Positions 29,732 through 39,178 of a DNA stretch of 64,000 bases are shown piece by piece. Below the pieces are notes generated by a model. That model did not search any database, was not told where the DNA came from, and was given only the letters and a program-made list of their open reading frames with translations. The stretch covers positions 15,383 to 79,382 of the forward strand of contig JAGLPV010000010.1 of NCBI GenBank assembly GCA_023137195.1. The letters are read 5' to 3'. The stretch's first letter is position 1; each line of letters begins with the position of its first letter. A program made the translations under genes and the position numbers. The DNA comes from Candidatus Aenigmatarchaeota archaeon. Lineage in GTDB: Archaea > EX4484-52.

Positions 29732-30679
29732 ATGACAAATGTAGCAGATTTCAAATGGTCAAAAGACATGAAACTAAATAAATTCACCTCCAGTTTAGGA
29801 AAAATAGGCTTCCAAAGCACAGAAATCATGAATGCTTCCAACACAATAGTAAAGATGAAAACCGAAGGAGCAAAGATTTTCCTCTCATTTACCTCAAACA
29901 TGGTAACCTCAGGACTAAGAGGTTTTTTCGCCCAGCTAATCGACCTAAAAATAGCAAACATAATCATCACAACAGTCGGCGGCATAGAAGAAGACATAAT
30001 GAAAGCAAAAGGAGAAGATTTCCCAATCGGCAGTTTTTTTTCAGATGACAAAGCATTGTATGAAAGAGGACACAACCGCGTCGGAAATTTAATAATAAAA
30101 AATGAAAGCTATGAAAAATTCGAAGACATGATTGACCCCATGCTAGAAAAGTTATATGCCAAAAAGAAAAGATACACTGTCTCCGAACTATTGTATGAAT
30201 TAGGCTTACAATTAAATGACAAAAATTCTATTTTATACCAGGCATCTAAACACAATGTACCAATATTCTGCCCCGCAATAACCGACGGAGCTTTTGGGTT
30301 CCATCTATATTCTTTTTCCCTAAAACACAAGGATTTCATCGTCGATGTCGTCGGCGACTTCTCAAGACTACTGTCCGCCTCAAGCTATGATGAAAAAAAA
30401 GGATTGATTGCTTTGGGTGGAGGAGTTTCAAAACACCATGCTATTTTAGGAACCTTAATTAACGGCGGACTGGACTATGCCATCTATATGACAACTGCCA
30501 ACTATACTTCCGGCAGTATGAGCGGAGCAACAACACAGGAAGCAAAGAGCTGGGGCAAAATAAAAGATGACGCAGACGCTGTCACTGTGATAGGTGATGT
30601 AAGCGTGTTCTTTCCTCTGGCAATGTGCGGAGCATTGGAAGAGTTGAGCGAGAGAGGAGTTATAGAAATTAAAAAATAG
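29732..30679 (+). CDS. dys: Deoxyhypusine synthase
   Basis: SFTSNMVTSGLR, TVGGIEED, NRVGN, GGGVSKHH, GSMSGA..EAKSWGK. Confidence 0.95.
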   Translation: MTNVADFKWSKDMKLNKFTSSLGKIGFQSTEIMNASNTIVKMKTEGAKIFLSFTSNMVTSGLRGFFAQLIDLKIANIIITTVGGIEEDIMKAKGEDFPIGSFFSDDKALYERGHNRVGNLIIKNESYEKFEDMIDPMLEKLYAKKKRYTVSELLYELGLQLNDKNSILYQASKHNVPIFCPAITDGAFGFHLYSFSLKHKDFIVDVVGDFSRLLSASSYDEKKGLIALGGGVSKHHAILGTLINGGLDYAIYMTTANYTSGSMSGATTQEAKSWGKIKDDADAVTVIGDVSVFFPLAMCGALEELSERGVIEIKK

Positions 30680-30685
30680 TCTTCC

Positions 30686-30940
30686 TTATAGATTTTTATA
30701 GACATTCCTTCTATGACCAATTGTTGTTATTTCTATCCTTTTAGAATAATTATCAATATCTGCAATCGCCCTGTAATCACCTATTCTTAGCTTGTAATCT
30801 GGTCTTCCTTTTAGCCTTTCAAAAAAACAAAAGGGATTTTCTTTCGCAGAAATTATTTTATTGAATATCCTCTCCCGTTGGGATTTCATCAATTTATTCA
30901 GAAAATCAATTGCTTTTTCGTCAAAAATTACTTCGTACAT
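30686..30940 (-). CDS. RelE/ParE family toxin
   Basis: YEV.F...A..FL..YKLRIGDYRAI..IGHRRNVY. Confidence 0.92.
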   Translation of the reverse strand: MYEVIFDEKAIDFLNKLMKSQRERIFNKIISAKENPFCFFERLKGRPDYKLRIGDYRAIADIDNYSKRIEITTIGHRRNVYKNL

Positions 30941-31179
30941 TACAAGCCCAGTCTCTTTTTGACCTCTGCCTCAGTGAGAAATTTACCTTTCTTGATTCTT
31001 TCTCTTGCTTTTTCAATTGCTTCAATTGTTTCTTTGCTCAACTCCGGCTCTGTTCGAGATGTCTTGGCTATATAGACAATCTTTCGGATTACTTCATCAT
31101 AACTTTCATTTTTATATTCCCTAAATTGATCCAGCTGATGTTTTGTTTCCTCATATATTTTTATTGTTGTTGCACTCAT
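30940..31179 (-). CDS. Cognate antitoxin (archaeal RHH/RelB-like)
   Basis: TTIKI..ETK..L..ESYDEVI..IEKARE.IKKGK...E.KKRLGL; GGTGA RBS; overlaps the relE start. Confidence 0.88.
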   Translation of the reverse strand: MSATTIKIYEETKHQLDQFREYKNESYDEVIRKIVYIAKTSRTEPELSKETIEAIEKARERIKKGKFLTEAEVKKRLGL

Positions 31180-31190
31180 TTTTATCACCG

Positions 31191-31214
31191 TATACCATAG
31201 TATACTTTGGTATA
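31191..31214. promoter_or_regulatory. 24-bp near-perfect palindrome, probable antitoxin operator
   Basis: TATACCATAGTATACTTTGGTATA directly upstream of the antitoxin RBS. Confidence 0.65.
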
Positions 31215-31230
31215 TTTAAATGTTTGTAAA

Positions 31231-31353
31231 ATTGGAAACTATGAGATTTACCGGAAAAGGTACAATGGAAGTTCATAGCTCTCCTTTTATGTTGTCGTAT
31301 GTGTATTTTGAAAAGGAAGATAAGCTTGTTTTTCTGGATTTGTACATAAGGAT
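31231..31353 (+). pseudogene. RelE/YafQ-like toxin C-terminal remnant, copy 1
   Basis: Translates MRFTGKGTMEVHSSPFMLSYVYFEKEDKLVFLDLY; similar to 34155-34265. Confidence 0.5.
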
Positions 31354-31474
31354 TTACAATAGACTGTGCTTAGATAAATTAGAAAAATAGGAGAGAAAAT
31401 GTAATGCTGCTTGTAAAACAGAGGTAATTATAGTTTAATTCCCTCGAATTCGGGGTAATTAAAATCCAGATTAT

Positions 31475-32329
31475 TTATTCCTTTTTCTTTTCCAATCTCT
31501 TGACACTTTCAGGTTTCCCCAGATAATTCTCCTCAGAAATAACCGGTTTACCAATCTCTTTTTCAGCATCAACTCTCGCTTTTCCTGCAACATTCCCGCC
31601 TCTTTTTGCCGCATCCCTGCACCCATGAAATCCATCTGCATCTTCATTCTGCGTAATTTCAGTAGTGACTTTTTCTCCAAGCATTGTAAATATAAGTTCT
31701 AAATCATTCATGTGATCTCTTAAATTTTGGTTTTTGAGCTGTTTGTATTTTTTGTACTGGTCGACTGTTTTTCCGAAAGTCGCCATGGAAATCTCGTTTG
31801 TGAGAATTGCATAATCTCTTTGCTCTTTAATATCTCTATTTTTCCATTCATCTGTTAATTCCTGTCTTATTGCAATTCCTCTTAAGCGTTTGTCTATCCA
31901 CGCTTTAGAATATCCTTTCTGCTCATAAATCTGTTTCATGCGTTCCTGAGCAAGTTCAGGGTTTTGGATTTCCTGCACTCGCTCGTATCCGACTTTTGCA
32001 AGCCAGCGTTTGAAAGGTTCTGCTTTCGGGGAAGGAATTGACTGGATTATTCGGAAAATGCCTTCTGTGTTTGCACAACTTACTTTTTGTTTTCCGCCAA
32101 CAGTATCTATTGAAAGGGGGTGTTCAATTTGAACCCACCCTTTGGATAATTCTTCATCCCTGTTACGCATATTTTTTATGTATTGTCTTGGATTTGATGA
32201 ATCTGTTAGTGCCTCAACAATATCAGCAATTACAAACCACCATTCATCATTATGATATGTTCTTCTAATTTTCTTGTCTTCAAATACAACTAATGCTTTT
32301 TCAGAATCCATTGATTTAATTGTTGACAA
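31475..32329 (-). CDS. Bro-N domain protein (phage antirepressor-like)
   Basis: IRR..WWFVIADIVEALTDS; IFRIIQSIPSPKAEPFKRWLA; NLRDHM.DLELIF.MLGE. Confidence 0.9.
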   Translation of the reverse strand: MSTIKSMDSEKALVVFEDKKIRRTYHNDEWWFVIADIVEALTDSSNPRQYIKNMRNRDEELSKGWVQIEHPLSIDTVGGKQKVSCANTEGIFRIIQSIPSPKAEPFKRWLAKVGYERVQEIQNPELAQERMKQIYEQKGYSKAWIDKRLRGIAIRQELTDEWKNRDIKEQRDYAILTNEISMATFGKTVDQYKKYKQLKNQNLRDHMNDLELIFTMLGEKVTTEITQNEDADGFHGCRDAAKRGGNVAGKARVDAEKEIGKPVISEENYLGKPESVKRLEKKKE

Positions 32330-32474
32330 GATTCTTATATGTTTGTATCAACAAAATCAAAAGATTTATATATTTTTGTGCTAAGTAGTTAGTATCAATT
32401 AGTTATCAACTAATAAATATATATCATAATATCATTATACCTAAATTATAGAAAAAAGGAGATGTAGAATAATT

Positions 32475-32756
32475 ATGTTAAAACAAATACAAAAACAGGC
32501 AAAACTGCAACATTCACCAACACTAAATACAGTAATAATGGTAGAAAACACGCTGAAAAATATGAGTGAAAGCATCACAACAATCGCACAACTAAAAACA
32601 AAACTACCAAAGCAAATAAACCACAACACTCTCAAAATCATTCTTGAATATCTTGAAGAAAGCAACAAAATTGCTGTAAGCATAAGAGGCATTTCATGGA
32701 TACACAATACAAACTCAAATCTGCAAAACGCAATCAAAGAAGGACTTGAATTATGA
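32475..32756 (+). CDS. Small winged-helix-like protein
   Basis: PTLNTVIMVE..LPKQI.H.TLK.ILEYLEES.KI; palindrome TTAGTT-ATC-AACTAA upstream at 32399-32413. Confidence 0.7.
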   Translation: MLKQIQKQAKLQHSPTLNTVIMVENTLKNMSESITTIAQLKTKLPKQINHNTLKIILEYLEESNKIAVSIRGISWIHNTNSNLQNAIKEGLEL

Positions 32757-32777
32757 AAACCATGAGCGTGATTTTAA

Positions 32778-34115
32778 ATGGATAAGAAAGAATTAGATGA
32801 ACTCGTTAAAACCGGGGAAGGCTACACAATAGAATTTAAGGAAAGTGCAGACAAATCTTTAGGCAAAGAAATTTGCGCATTTGCAAACGCATCCGGTGGG
32901 AAAATTATTTTAGGTGTTACAGATAAAAATAAAATTAAGGGTTTTTCTTTAGCAAATAAAACAATGTCTCAAATTCAGGATATTGCTCGCAATATGGATC
33001 CATCTTTTTATGTCGCGGTTGAACAAATCGAAAATATTGCTATTGTTTATGTTCCCAAAGGCAAAGATAAACCATATTCTGTTGGCGGAAAAACATATTT
33101 AAGACAGGGTGCAAATTCTCAAAGATTAAATAGAGATGAGTTAATTGAGTTTTTTAGGAATTGTAATAAAATATCTTTTGAAAGACAAACTAATTCTGAT
33201 TTTAATTTAAAAGATGATTTTGATTATGACAAGTTTAACAGTTTTATAGACAAAGCAAATATTTCAAAAACATTGCCTGTTAATCATATTTTAAAAAATT
33301 TAAATTTACTTACGGATGAAAAACCAAATAATGCTTGCGCGTTGCTTTTTCCACACAGAGTAACTAAGTTTTTTCTTAGCGCGGATATTAGCTGTGTGTT
33401 GTATAGCGGAAATTCTAAACTAAGTATGCTTGATAAAAAAGAGTTTAATGCAGATTTTATTTCTAATTTTGAAAATGCCCTGACTTTTATTCTAAGAAAC
33501 ATTAGAACGAGTGCTGAAATCGTTGGAGTATCCAGAGTGGAAACTCCGGAAATTCCGAAAAAAGCTTTAAGGGAGGCAATATTAAATGCCATGATTCATA
33601 GAGATTATTTTGTTGAAGGTCGTATTCTGATTAACATATTTGCGAATAAAGTAGAAATTATGAATCCCGGAAAACTATTATTTGATGAAAAAGAGTTAGG
33701 TAATATTAGTGTTCCAAGAAATCCAATATTGGCGGATTGTATGCTTAGAGCAGGTTTTGTTGAAAAAATTGGTTCCGGAATTAAAAGAATCAAAGAATTA
33801 GTGCCGGATGTTAAATTTGAGATAAGTTCTAATTGGTTCAGAGTAGTATTTGATAGAGATAATCAAATTCCTGTAAAAGACACTGTAAAAAACACTGTAA
33901 AAGACACTGTAAAAGACACTGTAAAATTAACTCAAAATCAGGGAAAAATAATTGAAGAAATGAGAAAAAATCCAAATATTATAATTGTTGAGCTTGCCAA
34001 ATTAATTAATATTAATGAAAGAAATATTAAGAATAATATTTTAAAATTAAAAGAAAAAAGAATTATTAAAAGAATTGGTTCAGATAAATGCGGACATTGG
34101 GAGGTTTTAAAATGA
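32778..34115 (+). CDS. Schlafen/AlbA_2 + HATPase_c_4 + HTH protein
   Basis: GEGYTIEFKES, ICAFANASGG, ALREAILNAMIHRDY, RNPILA, EKIGSGI, C-terminal RIGSDK.GHW. Confidence 0.92.
   Translation: MDKKELDELVKTGEGYTIEFKESADKSLGKEICAFANASGGKIILGVTDKNKIKGFSLANKTMSQIQDIARNMDPSFYVAVEQIENIAIVYVPKGKDKPYSVGGKTYLRQGANSQRLNRDELIEFFRNCNKISFERQTNSDFNLKDDFDYDKFNSFIDKANISKTLPVNHILKNLNLLTDEKPNNACALLFPHRVTKFFLSADISCVLYSGNSKLSMLDKKEFNADFISNFENALTFILRNIRTSAEIVGVSRVETPEIPKKALREAILNAMIHRDYFVEGRILINIFANKVEIMNPGKLLFDEKELGNISVPRNPILADCMLRAGFVEKIGSGIKRIKELVPDVKFEISSNWFRVVFDRDNQIPVKDTVKNTVKDTVKDTVKLTQNQGKIIEEMRKNPNIIIVELAKLININERNIKNNILKLKEKRIIKRIGSDKCGHWEVLK
33871..33925 (+). repeat. In-frame 12-bp tandem repeat CTGTAAAAGACA, about 4.5 copies (VKDT)n
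   Basis: ctgtaaaagaca ctgtaaaaaaca ctgtaaaagaca ctgtaaaagaca ctgtaaa. Confidence 0.9.
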
Positions 34116-34154
34116 GTAAATTTTGTGGATTTGTTGATTGGACAAAAGAATTAG

Positions 34155-34265
34155 AAAACCTGTGAAATTTACTGGAAAAGGTACAATGATTGTATATCTC
34201 TGTTCTGGTTGTCGCATAGCATTATGGAAAAAGAGGTAAAAAAAGTTTTTTTGGATTTGTAATGA
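34155..34265 (+). pseudogene. RelE/YafQ-like toxin remnant, copy 2
   Basis: ATTTACTGGAAAAGGTACAATG matches 31246-31267 at 21/22; shared TGGATTTGTA. Confidence 0.45.
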
Positions 34266-34420
34266 ATGTTTTTGAGATAAAAGATAAATTGAGAAGCACC
34301 GAATAATTTTATAAATTTGTATGTCCTAATATTGTATAAGAAATTTTTTACTTAATATTGGACTAAATTTCAGGTAAATAATATTGTAATTTTGATAAGT
34401 GCTTATTATTAGAGGATAGT

Positions 34421-35293
34421 ATGGAATATGAAATATTAACAGGGAAGAAGGATATAGAAGATGCAAAAAACACACCGACAGACTGTTTAAATAAGGAACA
34501 GTGTTTTGATCCAAGTTTAAAAGCCATGTTTAAACATTATGGCGGCGAGTTTAAACTAATGGATTTTGTTGATTTATATGTCAACAACCAAGATAAAGTA
34601 GGAGTTGAACATCGTTTAAATCGAAAAGATGCGAAAGGAAATACACCAGAGATAAAATTATTTAATACCTTGAAATATGGCTTAAAAGACAGACGAGAAA
34701 AACATCATTTGAAGTTAATGAGAGGCAATATGGAGATAAAAGTAAGTGATGGACATACTATTGCTTTTGGCGAGAATATAAGAGTTGTTGGCGTAATAGA
34801 TAAATATTTAGGATTTTCTAATTCAAATTCAGAAGAAGCATTATACGACAAGAAGGCAATCGGAGATGTAAAAACAGAACAGAATGAAAAAGTTCAATTA
34901 TTTGAATCACAGAAAGATATTGAAGAAGCGCATAATCTTATTGAAGAATTGGATAAAAAATATTCCGGAAAACCCGAATATTATGAACGCATTGTGAATC
35001 AAATTCAAAGACCATCTGAACTTAGAGATACCATACTTAAGAAATACGGTACAAACTGCAAAATTTGTGGATATGGAGGATTTAGAAAAAAAGATGGTTC
35101 TTTTTATGCAGAAACACATCATATGATTGAATTGAACAAACAAGCTCCTCAAACCATGCAAAGTTGGAATGTTTTGGTTTTATGTCCTTTGTGTCATAAA
35201 AAAATGCATTATGCGGCAGATGTCAAATCAGAGTTTTTAGGAGATGGATGGAAAATATTTTTAGATAGAGAATGGAAAATAATAAGAAATTGA
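34421..35293 (+). CDS. HNH endonuclease (McrA-like C-terminus)
   Basis: CKICG..F....G..YAETHHM..L..NVLVLCPLCHKKMHY. Confidence 0.9.
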   Translation: MEYEILTGKKDIEDAKNTPTDCLNKEQCFDPSLKAMFKHYGGEFKLMDFVDLYVNNQDKVGVEHRLNRKDAKGNTPEIKLFNTLKYGLKDRREKHHLKLMRGNMEIKVSDGHTIAFGENIRVVGVIDKYLGFSNSNSEEALYDKKAIGDVKTEQNEKVQLFESQKDIEEAHNLIEELDKKYSGKPEYYERIVNQIQRPSELRDTILKKYGTNCKICGYGGFRKKDGSFYAETHHMIELNKQAPQTMQSWNVLVLCPLCHKKMHYAADVKSEFLGDGWKIFLDREWKIIRN

Positions 35294-35321
35294 TTTAAAA
35301 TCTTATTTATCTTAAATAAAC

Positions 35322-36296
35322 ATGAATAGAATAAAACAAACAAAAGAAGAACTACATAAGACTAATAAAAAAATAGAAGAATTAGAGAAAAACAACTATT
35401 TTATTGGAAGATGGTTTTTTAATAATTTCTTAGAACGTGGGTTTCTTACTACTTTATTTATAGGTATTCCGGGTATGATATGTATACTATTTTGGATATT
35501 TATTATTTTAATTTTTTTGTTTGAAAATACTATTATTTCTGTTTTTTTAATTATCTTAATAGTTATTATTTTATTTTTAGCAATGGAAAGATATACTAAA
35601 CAAAAAAAAGAAATAAATCAATTAAGCCAAAGAAGAGAAATATTAATAAAACAAGTTAAGAAAAAAGAAAAAGAACTATCCAGAAGAAGAAGAAGAAAAC
35701 ATCAATTAAATGAGTTAATTGAGCGAAAAAGGAAAGACAAAGAAGCGGAAGAAAACCTAAAAATCCGCGAAAACTTCATAGCATCTCAAAAGAAAAAAGA
35801 TTTAGCCCTGTATTCTTTTAAAGGCAAAAAATGCTGGCTCTCCAACAAAATAATCAATGAATTAAACATAATAAAAAAGCATATTGACACAAATTTTATG
35901 CAAATCAACCCTTATGATTTTGAAGAATTTACAAAGCATTTATTCGGTCAGATGGGCTATTCTGCAATCCAGACAAAAAACACAGGAGATTTCGGGGCAG
36001 ATGTCATTGCAAAGAAAGGAAAAGATACGGTATTAATCCAATGCAAAAGAAATTCTGTCGGCAATAACGTCTCTAATGTAATTGTCCAGCAGACATTAGG
36101 AGCAATGTGGAAATACAAGGCAAATAAATCTATAATCGTAACAACTTCGGACTACACAGTTTCAGCCCACCATCAGGCAAGAAATGCCCCTGTTGAATTA
36201 TGGAACGGAACTTACTTTAAAAAATTAGTAAAAGAAATCCTAATAGAAGACACAATCAAAAAACAAGGAACAATAGATAAAGAGGAAACAAAATGA
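35322..36296 (+). CDS. Membrane-anchored Mrr-type restriction endonuclease
   Basis: Two TM helices, coiled coil, FEEF...LF..MGY..T..TGDFGADVIA..IQCKR. Confidence 0.9.
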   Translation: MNRIKQTKEELHKTNKKIEELEKNNYFIGRWFFNNFLERGFLTTLFIGIPGMICILFWIFIILIFLFENTIISVFLIILIVIILFLAMERYTKQKKEINQLSQRREILIKQVKKKEKELSRRRRRKHQLNELIERKRKDKEAEENLKIRENFIASQKKKDLALYSFKGKKCWLSNKIINELNIIKKHIDTNFMQINPYDFEEFTKHLFGQMGYSAIQTKNTGDFGADVIAKKGKDTVLIQCKRNSVGNNVSNVIVQQTLGAMWKYKANKSIIVTTSDYTVSAHHQARNAPVELWNGTYFKKLVKEILIEDTIKKQGTIDKEETK

Positions 36297-37321
36297 ACAA
36301 CCCAAAATTCAACCTATCAAAATCCAAACTCCTATCTCAATACAACACAGTCAAAGAACTAGCAGACGAAACATCCTACAGCTTCAAGACAAACAACATT
36401 GTCGGAAACATACTGGAAGAATCCACAACCTGCCTTTTCAGCATCCACACAAAAGAAGCCACAAATAAAATAAAAGACAAAAAAAGAATCTGGTTCCTTG
36501 CACAAGGCTGGACAGAAAATGACATAGACGAACTAACCAACAAAGGCATCAACCATTTCGTAGTAGACAACACAGTAGACCTAAACACCCTAACAACCCA
36601 CATAAACAAAAATAACCGCAAAATTCACCTCCTATTAAGAATGAACCTAAAAGAAAACACAATCTTCACAGGCAGATATTTCGTATTCGGAATGAAGCAG
36701 GACGAAATAAACTCCAAAATCCCAATCTTAGCCAAAAACAAAAACATAGAAAAACTAGGCATCCATTTCCACAGGAAAACCCAGAACATCAATGAATGGT
36801 CAATAAAAGAAGAACTCGAAGAAAAACTAACCAAAGAAGTATTCAACTGCATAGACATAATAAACATCGGCGGAGGACTACCAACAAAATACAAGAACAG
36901 CAATGACGACACACTAAACTACATCTTCAGCAAAATCAAAGAACTAAAACAACACCTGAACAAAAAAAACATAAAACTAATCATAGAACCCGGCAGATTC
37001 CTGGCAGCCCCGTGCATCACCTTAGAAACCCATATCAAAAGCATAATCGGCAAAAACATAATCATCAACGCCTCTGTCTACAACTCCTCGATGGACACCC
37101 TAATCGCCCCCTTAAAACTCCTCGTAGACGGAGAACTGGAATCAGGAGAAGAATATCTAATCAAAGGATGCACCCCCTGCTCAATGGACATCTTCCGCTA
37201 TTCCGTCCGCTTAAAAAACCCAAAAATAGGCGATAAAATAATATTCCAAAATGCCGGAGCCTACAACTTCCACACAACTTTTTGCTCGCTTCCAAAAATA
37301 GAGACAGATATTGTCGATTAG
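36293..37321 (+). CDS. PLP-dependent Orn/DAP/Arg decarboxylase (fold type III)
   Basis: YSFKTN, INIGGG, IIEPGRF, GCTPCSMD, AGAY. Confidence 0.88.
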   Translation: MNNPKFNLSKSKLLSQYNTVKELADETSYSFKTNNIVGNILEESTTCLFSIHTKEATNKIKDKKRIWFLAQGWTENDIDELTNKGINHFVVDNTVDLNTLTTHINKNNRKIHLLLRMNLKENTIFTGRYFVFGMKQDEINSKIPILAKNKNIEKLGIHFHRKTQNINEWSIKEELEEKLTKEVFNCIDIINIGGGLPTKYKNSNDDTLNYIFSKIKELKQHLNKKNIKLIIEPGRFLAAPCITLETHIKSIIGKNIIINASVYNSSMDTLIAPLKLLVDGELESGEEYLIKGCTPCSMDIFRYSVRLKNPKIGDKIIFQNAGAYNFHTTFCSLPKIETDIVD

Positions 37322-37367
37322 CCAGATATAGGTATACCTTTATTAACTTTATTTTTTATTCTACTCT

Positions 37368-38090
37368 ATGAAAGTTGCACTCTTTGGTTTGATAGAAAAA
37401 GACAAGTCCAAAGAAACTCTTGTAAAAAAAACCGCAAAAAAATACGGCTTAGAGATTACAAGAAAAGACCCGGAAGTCGGCATCTGCACTAAAGGAGACG
37501 GCACTATTTTATACGCCGAAGAAAAATTCCCGACCCTTCCTAAACTCACCCTGAGAAGCAAAAACCATGTGGGCTACAAATGCACCTACGACATAAGCAG
37601 GATTGATGAACTCTTCAGCAAAATATCCCAGAAAAAATACACCCTAAAAAAACACATCAAGATAAAATGCATATTTAACGATAAGGAAATCAATGCACTA
37701 AATGAATTTCAGATACACAACATAGTAACGACAAAAGCATTAAGATTTTCGATAAACGTAAAACAAAAAAACAAAATTCTGTTTGATGAAAAAAACATAA
37801 TCGGAGACGGATGCATATTTTCCACTCCCTTCGGCTCAAGCGCCTATTTTTCTTCAGTAGGCGGCAAAACATTTGAAAAAGGACTCGGGCTTGCCCTGAA
37901 CAATCCCTATAATATGGATAAAAAAGCATTCTATTTTGACGAAGATGTTGTTTTTGAATTTATTCTGAACCGAAGCCCTGCATATTTACTGCACGACAAC
38001 AACCCAAAAACAATAACCATTAAAGAAAATCAAAAAATCACCCTGATGAAATCCGAAGAATACTTCAACGAAATCCACATAAATGCATAA
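37368..38090 (+). CDS. NAD kinase family protein
   Basis: KGDGT (GGDG variant), ALNE, GDG..FSTPFGSSAY..SVGG. Confidence 0.85.
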   Translation: MKVALFGLIEKDKSKETLVKKTAKKYGLEITRKDPEVGICTKGDGTILYAEEKFPTLPKLTLRSKNHVGYKCTYDISRIDELFSKISQKKYTLKKHIKIKCIFNDKEINALNEFQIHNIVTTKALRFSINVKQKNKILFDEKNIIGDGCIFSTPFGSSAYFSSVGGKTFEKGLGLALNNPYNMDKKAFYFDEDVVFEFILNRSPAYLLHDNNPKTITIKENQKITLMKSEEYFNEIHINA

Positions 38091-39119
38091 TCACCAAACA
38101 TAAGGAATAAACATATATTTCGTCTTTTTACAATATTCCTGGTACTCCGGGTCTCTCATCAAATGCTTCTCCTCTGTTACCGTCCGCAAATAATATATAA
38201 ATGACCAGCCAAACATCGCAATAAACGCAGGAACGCTCATCACAGGCAACACAGTAATCCACCAAGCAAGATTCTTTGAAATATAAGCAGGATGCCTTAT
38301 CCATCGATAAGCCCCGGTAGTAACAATCCCTCTGTTAGTAAGATTAGAACATTTCGTCCCCAGAGATATTGTAGCCCACAAATACACCAACAGCAATAAT
38401 ATAATACTGCTCCTCGCAATAAACGTAATATTGATGGTAGAAAACATAATGTAGTCACTGGCAGACCAGCCGATGTATTTCGTAACAGTAGTATTAAATG
38501 GCGGATAGCACGCCAGCGTAACCGCCCACCCAATCAGTGTCGGCTCCACAGAACGCACTTTATTCTTGAGATAGTTTGCCTCAAACATATACCCAAATGA
38601 AAAAAAAGCCACATCCACAAAAAATATAAAAGACAACGCAAAAGTATATCCTGCATAAGTCATTGTCTCAATACTATTTATCTTCACCAAATCCCCGACA
38701 TTTGAAAAAAATGAATGATAGTTCCCAATCAAAAAATTAAGCATCAATGGCAGGTAAAACAATTTTACAAGCATAAACAATATCGCCGTCTTTTCCCTGT
38801 GACTAAAAAAAGGCATGATTTGAGAGTTTTTACCAAAACTGCCAATATACTTCGCAAACGCAATAGTATTTCTAATTATTGAACTAAATATCAGGTATGG
38901 TTTGTGATTATTGATGTCTTTCTTCCTATCCAAAAAAAACATAAACGGCGCAACAACCAGGTAAGCAATAAATAAATTAACGAGAATATCATTTGTTGAA
39001 CTCTTCAGGAAAGAAACATAATATCTGTTGTTAAGACAAAAATACAAACCCATGCCATAAAGCATGACTCCATAAAAATAATGCTGGAGTGATGAACGTA
39101 TATTTTTTGAGGAGAACAT
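38091..39119 (-). CDS. ICMT/PEMT-like membrane methyltransferase
   Basis: Multi-TM; GIVTTGAYRWIRHPAY; R...EEKHL..Y..YC. Confidence 0.85.
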   Translation of the reverse strand: MFSSKNIRSSLQHYFYGVMLYGMGLYFCLNNRYYVSFLKSSTNDILVNLFIAYLVVAPFMFFLDRKKDINNHKPYLIFSSIIRNTIAFAKYIGSFGKNSQIMPFFSHREKTAILFMLVKLFYLPLMLNFLIGNYHSFFSNVGDLVKINSIETMTYAGYTFALSFIFFVDVAFFSFGYMFEANYLKNKVRSVEPTLIGWAVTLACYPPFNTTVTKYIGWSASDYIMFSTINITFIARSSIILLLLVYLWATISLGTKCSNLTNRGIVTTGAYRWIRHPAYISKNLAWWITVLPVMSVPAFIAMFGWSFIYYLRTVTEEKHLMRDPEYQEYCKKTKYMFIPYVW

Positions 39120-39178
39120 AGAACTAATATAAATAAAATTAATTTAAGTTTAATCCCCGTACAACATTCATACCAATA

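Noticed and set aside
31475-32329. Provirus, based on the Bro-N gene
   Set aside because: No integrase, capsid, packaging or replication genes nearby
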